This document shows positions 52,933 to 64,000 of a stretch of DNA of 64,000 nucleotides, one piece after another. Within the stretch, counting starts at the first letter, position 1. Every line of letters starts with the position of its first letter. Below the pieces are notes generated by a model. That model searched no databases and was not told the origin of the DNA. It saw nothing but the letters and a program-made list of their open reading frames with translations. The DNA is from Saccostrea cucullata (Eukaryota), in contig NW_026928947.1 in assembly GCF_032062105.1 (NCBI RefSeq), forward strand, positions 1 through 64,000. The letters run 5' to 3'. Made by a program: the position numbers and the translations under genes.

Positions 52933-55900
52933 ATGGCAGGGAGTGAGAAGTTACAAGACATCTTGAGCGATTTCCCGGAGGTGACTCCAATCAGGGCGTA
53001 TCTACAAGATTACACTTACAACTACTCACTTCGTCACACGTGGTTCGGGGATCAGCACGCTCATTCCAGGTAATTGTAATCGTTTGGACACACCCGGAGT
53101 TACGAATACTGGGTACCTCATTTCATTAACACGGGAATTGCGTTCGTTGGTCACCACATATTACTAAAGGAAAATCACTTAATTCAGCAAATCAAAATAA
53201 TTTATTTAAAAAAATAAAAAAAGTAAAAAAAAAACGTGCCTTTTTTTGGCGGGTATGAGTTACGACAGTCCCTTAAATAAACACTTTTTTCTATATCGGT
53301 GAGGAATTGTTTCTAATAGAAATATCTAAACCTACGTGAATGCTCAATGTTTAATCAAAATTACTGAAATTTCGAGTTTTTTAAAGTTAAACATTGTTAA
53401 TAAGATCAGGCAAACAGACAGATACTTAAAAAAAGGGTAGACAGATTAGTAGACTATATATGAGAGAGACAGATAAACAGGTAATTAGGTAATTAGACAA
53501 AACGACGAAAACACGTAGACAGACAGTTAACTAAAAGAAATACAGGATTTGTTTGTTTGTCTGTCTGTTTGTTATATGTTCTTTTCGAGGATTTTTCACT
53601 CAAATTGAGTTCACTTTTAGATCGAAGGTTGCTTTAGATCTTAGCATTTGGCACTCAGGGCCAGTACCTACTGCAACATGGGATCTAATCCGAGGGATGG
53701 GTATTCTATGGGATTCGAACTTGCGATGTGGCAACACACTTTGAATGTTTTTTTTTTCAAAGTGCGCCGGATTTAGGACAAATACAACGCATTTCTAAAA
53801 AAAAAAATCCAATTGCGTTTAGAGTGTATATCAACATTTTTTATTTACCATGAAGACACTTAACACACTTTGAAAAAATATGTATAAAACAAAAATTATA
53901 GACTTAGATTTGAGAAATAGAGAGCATTAATTTGTTATTAATTAATATGAATTGATTTACCCTAGCCTTATCTAAGCCCCATTTTAAAAATTTTTCCTAT
54001 GCATGGGCGTCGGTAGCAAATTGAAAGAGGGAGGGGCTAAATCAAAAAAGATAAGCCCCAAATTTCATTGTGTATTATGTATATATTTGAAAAAAAAATC
54101 AGGAAGGGGGACTAAGCCGCTTAATTAGTCAATAATTAAGACAGGAATACAGACAGATAATTAGGGAATAAGACAGACCAATAAACAGATGACTAGTGAA
54201 TAAGACAGACGTATAAACAGATGAATGTGCAATAAGACAGACTAAATACGCAGGTACATGTAATAACTACACAATAAGACAGACAAATAATTAGTCAGGC
54301 TGACAGACAAAAAACCAAATAAGATAGGTAGACTGACAAATAACTAGACTATAAGACAGACAGATGAACAGAAAATAGGATAGACAAATAACTGGGCCAT
54401 AGGAAAGATAACTAGGCAATAAGCCAGATAACTAGGCAATAAGACAGATAACAAGGCAAAAAGACAGATAACTAGGCAATATGACAGATAACTAGGCAAA
54501 AAGACAGATAACTAGGCAATGGGACAGGCAAATAATTAGGCAATAGGACAGGCAGATAACTAGGCAATAGGACAGATAACTAAGCAATATGACAGATAAC
54601 TATGCAATAAGGCATATAAACAGATAACTGGGCAATGGACAGATAACTAGGCAAATAGGCAGTGGGACAGATAACTAAATACACAGATAATAATGGGACA
54701 ATAAGGCAAGAGGACAGATAAGGCAATAGTGAGGACAGATAACTAGGCAATAGGACATATAACTAGGCAATAGGACAGATTACTAGGCAATAGGACAGAT
54801 AACTAGGCAAGAGGACAGATAACAAGGCAATATGACAGATAATTAGGCAATGGGACAGATAACTAGGCAGTGGGAAAGATAACAAGGCAATAGGACAAAT
54901 AACTAGACAGATAACTAGGCAATAGGAAAGATAACTAGACAATAGGACAGATAACTAGGCAATATGACAGATAACTAGGCAATGGGACAGATAATAAGCA
55001 ATAGACAGATGACAGTGGGACAGATAACTAGGCAATAGGACAGATAACTAGGCAATGGGACAGATAACTAGGCAATGGGACAGATAACTAGGCAATGGGA
55101 CAGATAACTAGGCAATGGGACAGATAACTAGGCAGTGGGACAGATAACTAGGCAATAGTACAGATAACAAGGCAATATGACAGATAACTAGGACAGATAA
55201 CTACGGAAGAGGACAGTTAACTAGGCAATAGGAGAGATAACTAGGCAAAAGGACAGATAACTAGGCAAGAGGACAGATAACTAGGCAGTGGGACAAATAA
55301 CTAGGCAATGGGACAGGACAGATATCTAGGCAATATGACCAATAACTAAGCAATGGGACAGATAACTAGGCAATGGGACAGATAACTAGGCAATAGGACA
55401 GATAACTAGGCAATGGGGTAGATAACTAGGCAGTAGGACAGAAAACTAGGCAATGGGACAGATGACTAGGCAATGGGACAGATAACTAGGCAATGGGACA
55501 GGACAGATATCTAGGCAATGGGACAGATAAGTAGGCGGTGGGACAGATAACTAGGCAATAGGATAGACAGGTTACACAACAGGATAAGCAGACAAATCCA
55601 ATGTAGAAAATCTTAAGATAAAATTGTATTTTCTTTCAGACTCAGCAGTCAGAGTCCTCCAGATTTTGCTGAAACAAAGCCTAATGTTTTCCCCAAACTT
55701 CAGCTAGATCATCTTCAATTCCCACCAACAAATCTTTCAACAGTTAATCAGGATCCATGCAACATAAAGACAGAACCATATGAATATGCAACAAGTACAG
55801 AAGTGGCAAGTGAATATGTGCAAGTCAATCCCCCAGTGGCCAAATTTCCACCAATTAAGTTGGAACCCAATGAGTTTCCTACAGTTAATATTAGAGATTT

Positions 55901-58900
55901 GGGAAGCAGTATATTACAACTCCCCATGGCTGAGAAATCAAATAGTTCTGATGTTCCTTCAAGATACCTTCAGAATAACCCCCAGCTTTCATTACCTTTG
56001 CGACAACCTCTTGTTGATATGACCAATGTCTTAGAGTCATTTGATACTGGAAGGTCAAAGGAGAACAGCCAAAATGAAAGAGAAAATCTGAGCAGGGTAC
56101 CTCTCTCCAAATATTTACCTGTTTTATGGAAATCTGTTTTTGATTCCCAAAACACTCAAAGTGATTTAGAAGAGGAAGAGGAGAAACCTATGACAGATAG
56201 AGAATTTCCAAAGACCTCAGAAGGTCAGGAAAGGAGGGTAAAAAGATCAAGGAAACTTCAAATACCGGTCAAAAGTGCCCAAAGATTGGATCCAAACTTC
56301 AGAGGGGCCACTGTAATACTGCACACAGAAATAAAGAATAAAAACTGTAGTCTCACTCTATCAGCTCATTTCAGGTGAGTAGATAGAAAACATTGGTAAA
56401 AATGAGTCTGTTTTCCATATCATAAAACAACAGGTATACAAAATATTTTTACATATACCGTATATATATTATATCATATGTTACTACATGGTATAAGTTA
56501 TAGGTTACATATATCATAACTTTGGTATCTCAAACATAAATATCTAGAATACCATGAATACGTCAAAATCAGAAGGAAATCCAGTTCAACCTTAATTCAA
56601 ACTTGGTATGTTGAATCTTCAGATTTCTTTAAGTTTATTGTTCATCCCATCAAGAAAATATAATGAGATTTGACTGTATATATTTTCAGTAATGTAAAGA
56701 TCTACAAGCAGCAGCCCTGCAGAAAACGGAAGCACAGTGGTTCCTACTCCAACGCGGACTCTGTGAGTGGCTCTGATGAGGAAAATACAATTCCATTCCC
56801 AAAGGATACCCATTACTCGGGTGATTTTCTGAATATTTTTCACCTGCAATCTTCTGAATTGTGTAAAGACAAAGTAATGATCTAAATAAATTGGTCTAAA
56901 AAAGCATAGAAAGTATATGAAATTCATATTTAAAAGAGAGTTAGTGAAGCAGGTTCATTTGTCAGTGCCAGATGTTCAGAGGTGTTCAGGGAGCCTGGGT
57001 ATCACCATACACAAAAAATCTTACACCTGTTTTCCCTTACAAAACTGTGTTTATCTTACAACATTTGTGATTAGAACCATGCATTGCTTTAAAACTTAGG
57101 ATTATTCTAAGTTTAAGCTGTTGTCATCATTTTTAGCTCTACTGGTCAGAGACCAGAAGAGCTTATGTTTGACCGTATATATCCTCCTACATTTTTAGTC
57201 TGATTTCAATATTACTTGGCACACAAGTAGACTACATTAAGATACATAGAATAGTGCATCGGTTTTTGATTTCGATGAACGGTGTTGCCATGGTTACTAA
57301 AAATAGAATTTTCTGTGAAATTCCACAGTTTTGGTCTGTTTTCAATATAACTTGGCACACAAGTAGACTACACTGACATAGAATAGTGCATCAGTTTTTG
57401 ATTTCGATGAACGGTGTTGCCATGGTTACTAAAAATAGAATTTTCTGTGAAATTCCTTAAAAACGACTCCTTCTACAGTTTTGGTCTGATTTCAATATAA
57501 CTTGGCACACAAGGATACACTATACATAGAATAGTGCATCAGTTTTTGATTTCGATGAATGGTGTTGCCATGGTTACTAAAAATAGAATTTTCTGTGAAA
57601 TTCCTTAAAAACGCTACTCCTTCTACAGTTTTGGTCTGATTTCAATATAACTTTAGACTACACAAAGAAACACCTAATTTTGATGAACGGTGTTCATGGT
57701 TACTAAAAATAGAATTTTCTGTGAAATTCTTTAAAAACACTACTCCTTCTACAGTTTTGGTCTGATTTCAATATAACTTGGCACACAAGTAGACTACACT
57801 AAGATACATAGTATAGTGCATCGGTTTTTGATTTCGATGAACTTTGTTGCCATGGTTACTAAAAATAGAATTTTATGTGAAATTCCTTTAAAAGACTCCT
57901 TCTACAGTTTTGGTCTGATTTCAATATAACTTGGCACACAAGTAGACTACACTAAGATACGTAGAATAGTGCATCGGTTTTTGATTTTGTTGAACGGTGT
58001 TGCCATGGTTACTAAAAATAGAATTTTCTGTGAAATTCCTTAAAAACACTTCTACAGTTTTGGTCTGAATTCAATATAACTTGGCACACAAGTAGACTAC
58101 ACAAAGATACATAGAATAGTGCATCAGTTTTTAACAACGGTTTTGCCATGGTTACTAAAAATAGAATTTTCTGTGAAATTCTTTTACTCCTTCTACAGTT
58201 CTGGTCTGATTTCAATATAACTTGGCACACAAGTAGACTACACTAAGATACATAGAATAGTGCATCTGTTTCTGATTTCGATTAACGGTAATTTTCTGTG
58301 AAATTCCTTAAAAACGCTACTCCTTCTACAGTTCTAGTTTGATTTCAAAATAGGTTGGCACACAAGTAGACTACACAAAGATACATAAAATAGTGCAATG
58401 GTTTTTGATAAGTACAAACCAGTAGAGCTACAGTCTCGACAGAGACTTCTGGTTTATTAATAAATACACTTAAATTCTTTTCTGGTTCATCATCTCCATT
58501 ATGTTGCATCTTGTTAAAAGTATTATGACCATTGTTGAACAATATTACAGGTAAGATCTGTGCCTCCTGTGGGACCCATAGAACCCCCCTCTGGAGAGAC
58601 GCTGATGATGGAACACCCCTCTGTAATGCTTGTGGAATCAGGTGAGACTATTTCCCTCTTCTTTACTACAAGACTTTTGAAATTGTATAATTTAAATCTC
58701 TGCCATCATAGTTCATGAAGCACATGGACATTTGAACATCTCTAATTTAAATGCTTGTTCCTAAGCAAATTTTATCCATTGCACTGTAAGTGAAGGTACT
58801 GGATTATTGGTATGGAGATTACTGGAAATGAGATTCAACTCTTCTTTATAGCTTTTTTCACCATCTCCTATTACAGTTGTATCATTAAATATCCCCAAAA

Positions 58901-59333
58901 CATTGCCAGGGCTGGCTTGATCATTTAAAGTATATCTATCCTAAATATCATATTCACAAAAATATATTTCAAGTTGCAACAAATTAATTTTACTTTTTGA
59001 AACTGAATAATTTTTGCAAATGTTTTCCTTTACATAAACTGAAAGCAAGCGTTTTTATAAATAATATTTTCAGGTAAACGGTCGAAGTGGGTTTGAAAAA
59101 TAATGCATTTCACACGTTAAAAGTCACAATCAGGCAAATTTAAAGTATGAATAAGTCACAAATGTAAATATAAGTAATAAGGTATCAGTGCCTAAAGCCC
59201 TTTGGGGCTTAAATAATATTTTCATTCCATAAGAAGTGCCTGTTGGACATCAAAGGACATCAAGACATACCCTAAATGTCCCCACTGCGGAGCCTCACTT
59301 CGAGTTTCTTTTGCCAAGCGACATCCTTGGTAA
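52933..59333 (+). CDS. ZGLP1: GATA-type zinc finger protein 1-like, ~397 aa as assembled; exons 52933-53069, 55640-56374, 56690-56820, 58551-58641, 59234-59333 (last exon boundary uncertain; alternative ATG at 52891)
   Basis: CASCGTHRTPLWRDADDGTPLCNACGIR is the ZGLP1-type finger. RK..P..SA.R.DPNFRGAT precedes it and the tail reads CW...KCPHCGASL. Splice phases are consistent. Confidence 0.82.
54130..55570. repeat. 20-bp minisatellite GACAGATAACTAGGCAAT(G/A)G, roughly 55 well-formed units in 54400-55560 plus a degenerate leader
   Basis: Directly visible periodicity, e.g. identical 20-mers at 55041-55120. Confidence 0.97.
57130..58455. mobile_element. Helentron-type element with ~8 internal tandem repeats of ~130-155 bp, in ZGLP1 intron 3
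   Basis: T-run start, sub-terminal inverted repeat AGCTCTACTGGT / ACCAGTAGAGCT, and terminal palindrome AGTCTCGACAGAGACT. Repeats of TTCAATATAACTTGGCACACAAGTAGACTACAC...GTTGCCATGGTTACTAAAAATAGAATTTT. Confidence 0.85.
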
Positions 59334-62300
59334 CATCCACCATTGTAAATTAAGCAATGAAAATGAATGAAGGAGAAAGATAATTTTAGGAACATTTTAT
59401 GTCATTTTTAGAGAATGTTTTGCCTTTTTTGTAAGTAATTCTGAGTTTACCTGTAATTAGTCTCTTAATCAGTCATAACTTCATCTTAGTTTGTATATTA
59501 ATTTTTTAAAGTGTTTTTGTTTCATTTTCCCAAACATTTTACCACAAAAGGGGAAATTTTGTAAGGGAGATAAGTGTGTATGTGTGAAATTTTATTTTTG
59601 CTCTTTAAAAGATATAACATAGCAAGAAACATCAGCTGTATGCATGCATGTCAAATATTATTTCTATAAAATCCTTAAATTCTTTTTCATTGCAATGAAA
59701 GATTTATTTTTGATTTAGGCTCCGGCCAACATACTAGCATTACATTGCATTCCATGTGTATGTTTTGAGTTCATTATCGAAAGGATTTTTTTGAGTTGAT
59801 TTTTTGTTTTGTTTTTTCTGTTAAACCTCATATCAGATAATATGATATTTGTTTTCCTTATACTATGTATATTAGTTCCTTTCTTTAAGTACAAGACTTT
59901 TTTTGTTGAATATTGCATATAAATGCTTTTTATAAAAGCTTAATTATTTATAAAGAGTTAAATCATAATTACGACTGTTTTCATGTAACAATTAATAAGA
60001 AGCCATGTTACATGTATAACAAACTGGATAATTTTTTGTTCATTTTGAGGGAAATACATCATTATTTATTTCAATGTACTGTGACTACTGTCAGTATTTA
60101 TGCATGGGGACCAGACTAAATAAAACTTTACAAGAACAAATGCATTCCGAATCTTGATCAAATGTCTACCAATTGTTCTTGCACATATGCACTTCATATT
60201 TTGACTGACTGATGAATTTTCTACACTGATATTTCTTTATGGATCAATTAGCAACGTAATTGTTATTTTACTTATGATTGAAATAAAGAGATAAAATTTC
60301 ATTCAAAGTTGACTTATTTTATATTGAGTTGCATGCTGCTACTTGAATGATACTCACTATTACCTCCTTATCATGTCCTTCTTGCACAGTATAAACACAA
60401 AACAGTAATGAGATTATCAAACATTTTTATTTGGCTGTGAAAATGATAAATCTCGCATACATTATCATTCAACATGCCAGCAGATAGGCAGCTTGGGCTG
60501 ATTGAAAAATGTTACAAAATCTTCAGCTAGTCTAACCACAGAAGCTAACATTTAGCACCTAGTATAGCTGATGTCTGGATGACCTATATACAGATATAAT
60601 GATGGATGTAGCATCTATCTGGTATACTTGTCTATGAGAAGCTTACAAAAGCAATAAAATAATGCACCATTTGAAAAAATAATCAGAATACAGAATTATA
60701 CACGTTTTTATGTTGCACTTCTTCAAACATAGACTAAAGATACATTCAACAGAATTTATAATTCCTCACAGTGGTGATAATGGCTGAGTCTAGCATTTGG
60801 TAAATACCTTTGATTGTCTGGTGATTTATTATGATATCATCATGTGTTCAGTTTCCATTTTATATGAAATGTATGCTAAAAACCATTTTACAACACACAA
60901 ACAAAAAAATGAATTTACGTGACATCAGAAGAGACGCAGAATATTGTACAGTTTTAGAATGCATATTGACAAGAAATCAGTATCATGGGAGATAACTTTA
61001 GTAGCATGGTACTTGAAGCATTAAATTTTCTTTGGCAATCCATTATATTTTTCTTGTGACCTGACATATAAATTCTTTGTGTGAACTTAAACATAGATCT
61101 AACACTAGCAATTAAAACATTACCTAAATTGTTACTTTTAATAATTTTGCAGTTCGTTAGAAAAACCAAGACTATGTAAAATTTTTATAATGACTAAACT
61201 GAAGACATCATTTTTAGCATTGTAATATATTTGGATTTTATTTGGCAAGTTTTTAAAGGATTTCAACAGAATCAATCTACACACTACAAAGTTTTTACGA
61301 AAATCAATAGCCATTGATAGGTGAATTACTTTCTGAATAAATTTAATCGTTTGTAAAGAAATGAAAAAATTGCAATATGGACGGACACTAGACTCCCAGT
61401 TTTTAAGTCACAACAGACATTGAATTAAATCCTTCCTCAATACAAGCTTAGAAGATTTATGTTTAAATATATATAATGGTTACCATGACAACAACATTGA
61501 CATAAGCACCATTGAAAAATACCCTTAATTTTGTCATGTTTGTCTCCTCTCCCTTGCTCACTCCACTTCCACACTCAAAATCGGTCTCATAACAACTATA
61601 CAGATTCAGTCTGAATGTAAACTAAGCACCCAGATTTATAAAGTCTAATGATAAACAGAATTTGATGCTTGCAGGTTTAAAATATGCTGACTAAAACTGA
61701 TAGAAATTTGGAAAGAGGATCCTTTATTATATATAATACATAAATTTACAGATATTTCTGTTGCCACTCATGTTTGATTCCCATTTATCTCAGAATTTCG
61801 AATTAAAATATTGTTAAATGTTACATTATGACAAGAAAGTGGAGATTTTAAGTGATTCTGCAGTAAAAACGACAAAATAAATTGTTTAAAAATGCTTGCT
61901 GTTTGTGGGAATCTCCGGGAAAAAAAATATCAGCAATTAATTTGAAAAATCATTTACTCCGAGTCATCAGACATGCTGGTCTACCTTTAGTTATTACATT
62001 TGAAGATTTAAGTTGCTTGTATAAAATATTGGTTTAAATTCCATAAAAATAATGGCAAGAAAAATATTCAACAGTTCATGGCACTTTGACCAATCTCTCT
62101 ACTGGACCCATCAACAAATTTCACATAATTGACAAGTACAAAAGAATGCAATTTTTTTTTAGAACAAATACTACATCCTTAACAATTTTCACAGTAGTAT
62201 AATTATGCAGAGTGCCTCAATATCTTAAGGCTATGACTAGAAAAATTATTTGCTTTGGTATATCTTCAAAGAAACATTCAGACAAACACAAATACCCATT

Positions 62301-62725
62301 GTTTTCCTTTAAAAAAATACTGAAAAATACTAGAAAGACATTAAATTATCTATAATGTCAGTTGTTTAGTCAGTATTGACAAAACACCTGAAATTATGTA
62401 TAATGTCAAACAATACTGACAACACAACAGAAGAAAGACATTAAATTACACATATAATGTCTGGCTTTCAAAAAATGCCTATTGGTGTCCATGGATCTTG
62501 CAAATGCTATGCTTCTACAAAATTTGTGTCTGGCAATGAACAACAGAATGACTCTTAATTACAGATTCTTGGTTTTCACAAGTTTATAAGCACACAGACA
62601 TAGCATCAACATCTGCTGAAGCTGGTGCAGTTTAGAACTGCAGTTTATTCCTGTTCATCACAACAATTTTGATTCAGTGAGTATAAATGTACAAAAAAAG
62701 TTTACACCACAAAATGCACTGCTGT

Positions 62726-64000
62726 TCACTCATGATAGTCCGCCGTCCTCTGGTCAGGAATGTACACATTTTGTGCCATCAAGTTATTGAACCTCTGACA
62801 GTCTGATGGTCCATTGACCACCGCTGACCCATTGGGGACACTATTCATACCCAACACCTGCGTGTGTGGGATAGTGCCAGGGCCAACCAATTTGTAGTTT
62901 GCAGTGGAGTCCTGTGACCCAGAACTAGCAGACGACTTGTGACTGGAAGCCACAGATTCTGCAGGAGAGATTTTCTGAGGGCCATTTTGGCCTACCACTG
63001 GATACAAGGGTTGTTGCTGTAATTTCTGATGGTTACCAATGGGAGGATGTGCCAGTGGGTAATTAGGTGGGACAGGGGACTGCATCATTGGGGATTGGAT
63101 GGGCCCAGCTTGAGCTGGGGTGTAATGCACTCTTGGTAAGTCTGTGTAACGAGGGTCCATCATTTGGACCTGTGGATGTTGGGCTGGGGTCTCGGACCCC
63201 CCACTACTTCCTGTGAGTCCCGTCAATGCTGTGGTATTACTGGGCCCAGTACTGCTGTGGTGACTAGGTCCACTCTGTGAGCTCTGGTGAGTACTTCCAC
63301 TGTGAGCTGAGTGAGTCTGACTCAAGCTCCAGTGAGGATTCTGCATGAGGACTTCAGTCTTCCAGGCACGCAATCGAGCATGAATTTCTCTAAATGTTGG
63401 CCTCCTTGTTGGGTTTTCATGCCAGCATTCAACCATGAGGCCATACATGCGAGGGGGGCAATCCTCAGGATTGGGTAGGATTTGGCGAGATCTTACTACA
63501 TCTATCACTTCTTGGTTAGTGTAGCCATAGTAAGGCTGGAGTCCATAACTGAAAATTTCCCACAGAACCACTCCATAAGACCACATATCACTTTCTGTGG
63601 TGAACTTTCCATACAAAATAGCCTCCAAAGGCATCCACCTAACAGGTAGCAAGGATTTACTCTGCACACGGTAATAGTCTGATGAGTATATGTCTCTGGA
63701 TAAACCAAAGTCTGAAATCTTCACTGATAAATTATCTCCCACCAGGATGTTCCTGGCTGCAAGATCTCGGTGAACAAAATGGTGACTTGCAAGATACTCC
63801 ATTCCTGCTGCAATTTGAATTGCAATGAACAACATTTCTGGATATTCCAGAATGATTCTTTTGCCACTTTCATCATCCACACTAGACATGTCAGAATTTG
63901 GTGAGTGAGTGAGAAGATACTCATGTAAATCTCCATAGGGCATGAATTCAAACAACATACACATGGGTTCTTGCTTCATCGAAACTCCCAACAAACACAC
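62726..64000 (-). CDS. ROR: ROR-family receptor tyrosine kinase, terminal exon (kinase C-lobe plus Ser/Thr- and Pro-rich tail); 5' part lies outside the window
   Basis: HFVHRDLAARN, KISDFGLSRDIYSSDYYRVQSKSLLPVRWM, SDMWSYGVVLWEIFSYGLQPYYG, followed by an S/T-rich then P-rich tail. Confidence 0.95.
   Translation of the reverse strand: MCLLGVSMKQEPMCMLFEFMPYGDLHEYLLTHSPNSDMSSVDDESGKRIILEYPEMLFIAIQIAAGMEYLASHHFVHRDLAARNILVGDNLSVKISDFGLSRDIYSSDYYRVQSKSLLPVRWMPLEAILYGKFTTESDMWSYGVVLWEIFSYGLQPYYGYTNQEVIDVVRSRQILPNPEDCPPRMYGLMVECWHENPTRRPTFREIHARLRAWKTEVLMQNPHWSLSQTHSAHSGSTHQSSQSGPSHHSSTGPSNTTALTGLTGSSGGSETPAQHPQVQMMDPRYTDLPRVHYTPAQAGPIQSPMMQSPVPPNYPLAHPPIGNHQKLQQQPLYPVVGQNGPQKISPAESVASSHKSSASSGSQDSTANYKLVGPGTIPHTQVLGMNSVPNGSAVVNGPSDCQRFNNLMAQNVYIPDQRTADYHE

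Overview
AT-rich, intron-rich animal genomic DNA, most likely from an oyster (Crassostrea/Magallana), judged from a Cg170-like 166-bp satellite inside a Helentron-type element. Eight protein-coding genes can be built by hand from GT-AG junctions: a secreted SOUL/HEBP2-like protein (-), a catalytic-domain-free triple PARP-type zinc-finger protein (-), UMP-CMP kinase (+), a C7orf50/WKF-domain protein (-), CCDC178 (-), ASXL (+, head-to-head with CCDC178), a ZGLP1-like GATA zinc-finger gene (+) and the last exon of a ROR receptor tyrosine kinase (-). Many MITEs, a SINE and Helentron-associated tandem arrays lie between and within them. The most unusual structure is the ~360-bp tandem array at 1-6608. 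Each unit holds a ~136-nt fold-back hairpin and, on the minus strand, a ~94-nt GT-AG intron-like segment, with no open frame through the putative exon. This suggests a repeated exon-intron cassette for a hairpin/small-RNA precursor. Other notable items are a GATA-site minisatellite inside the GATA-factor gene, a chained uORF pair abutting the ASXL start codon, and the stand-alone triple zf-PARP protein. All calls were made by eye and no database searches were run.
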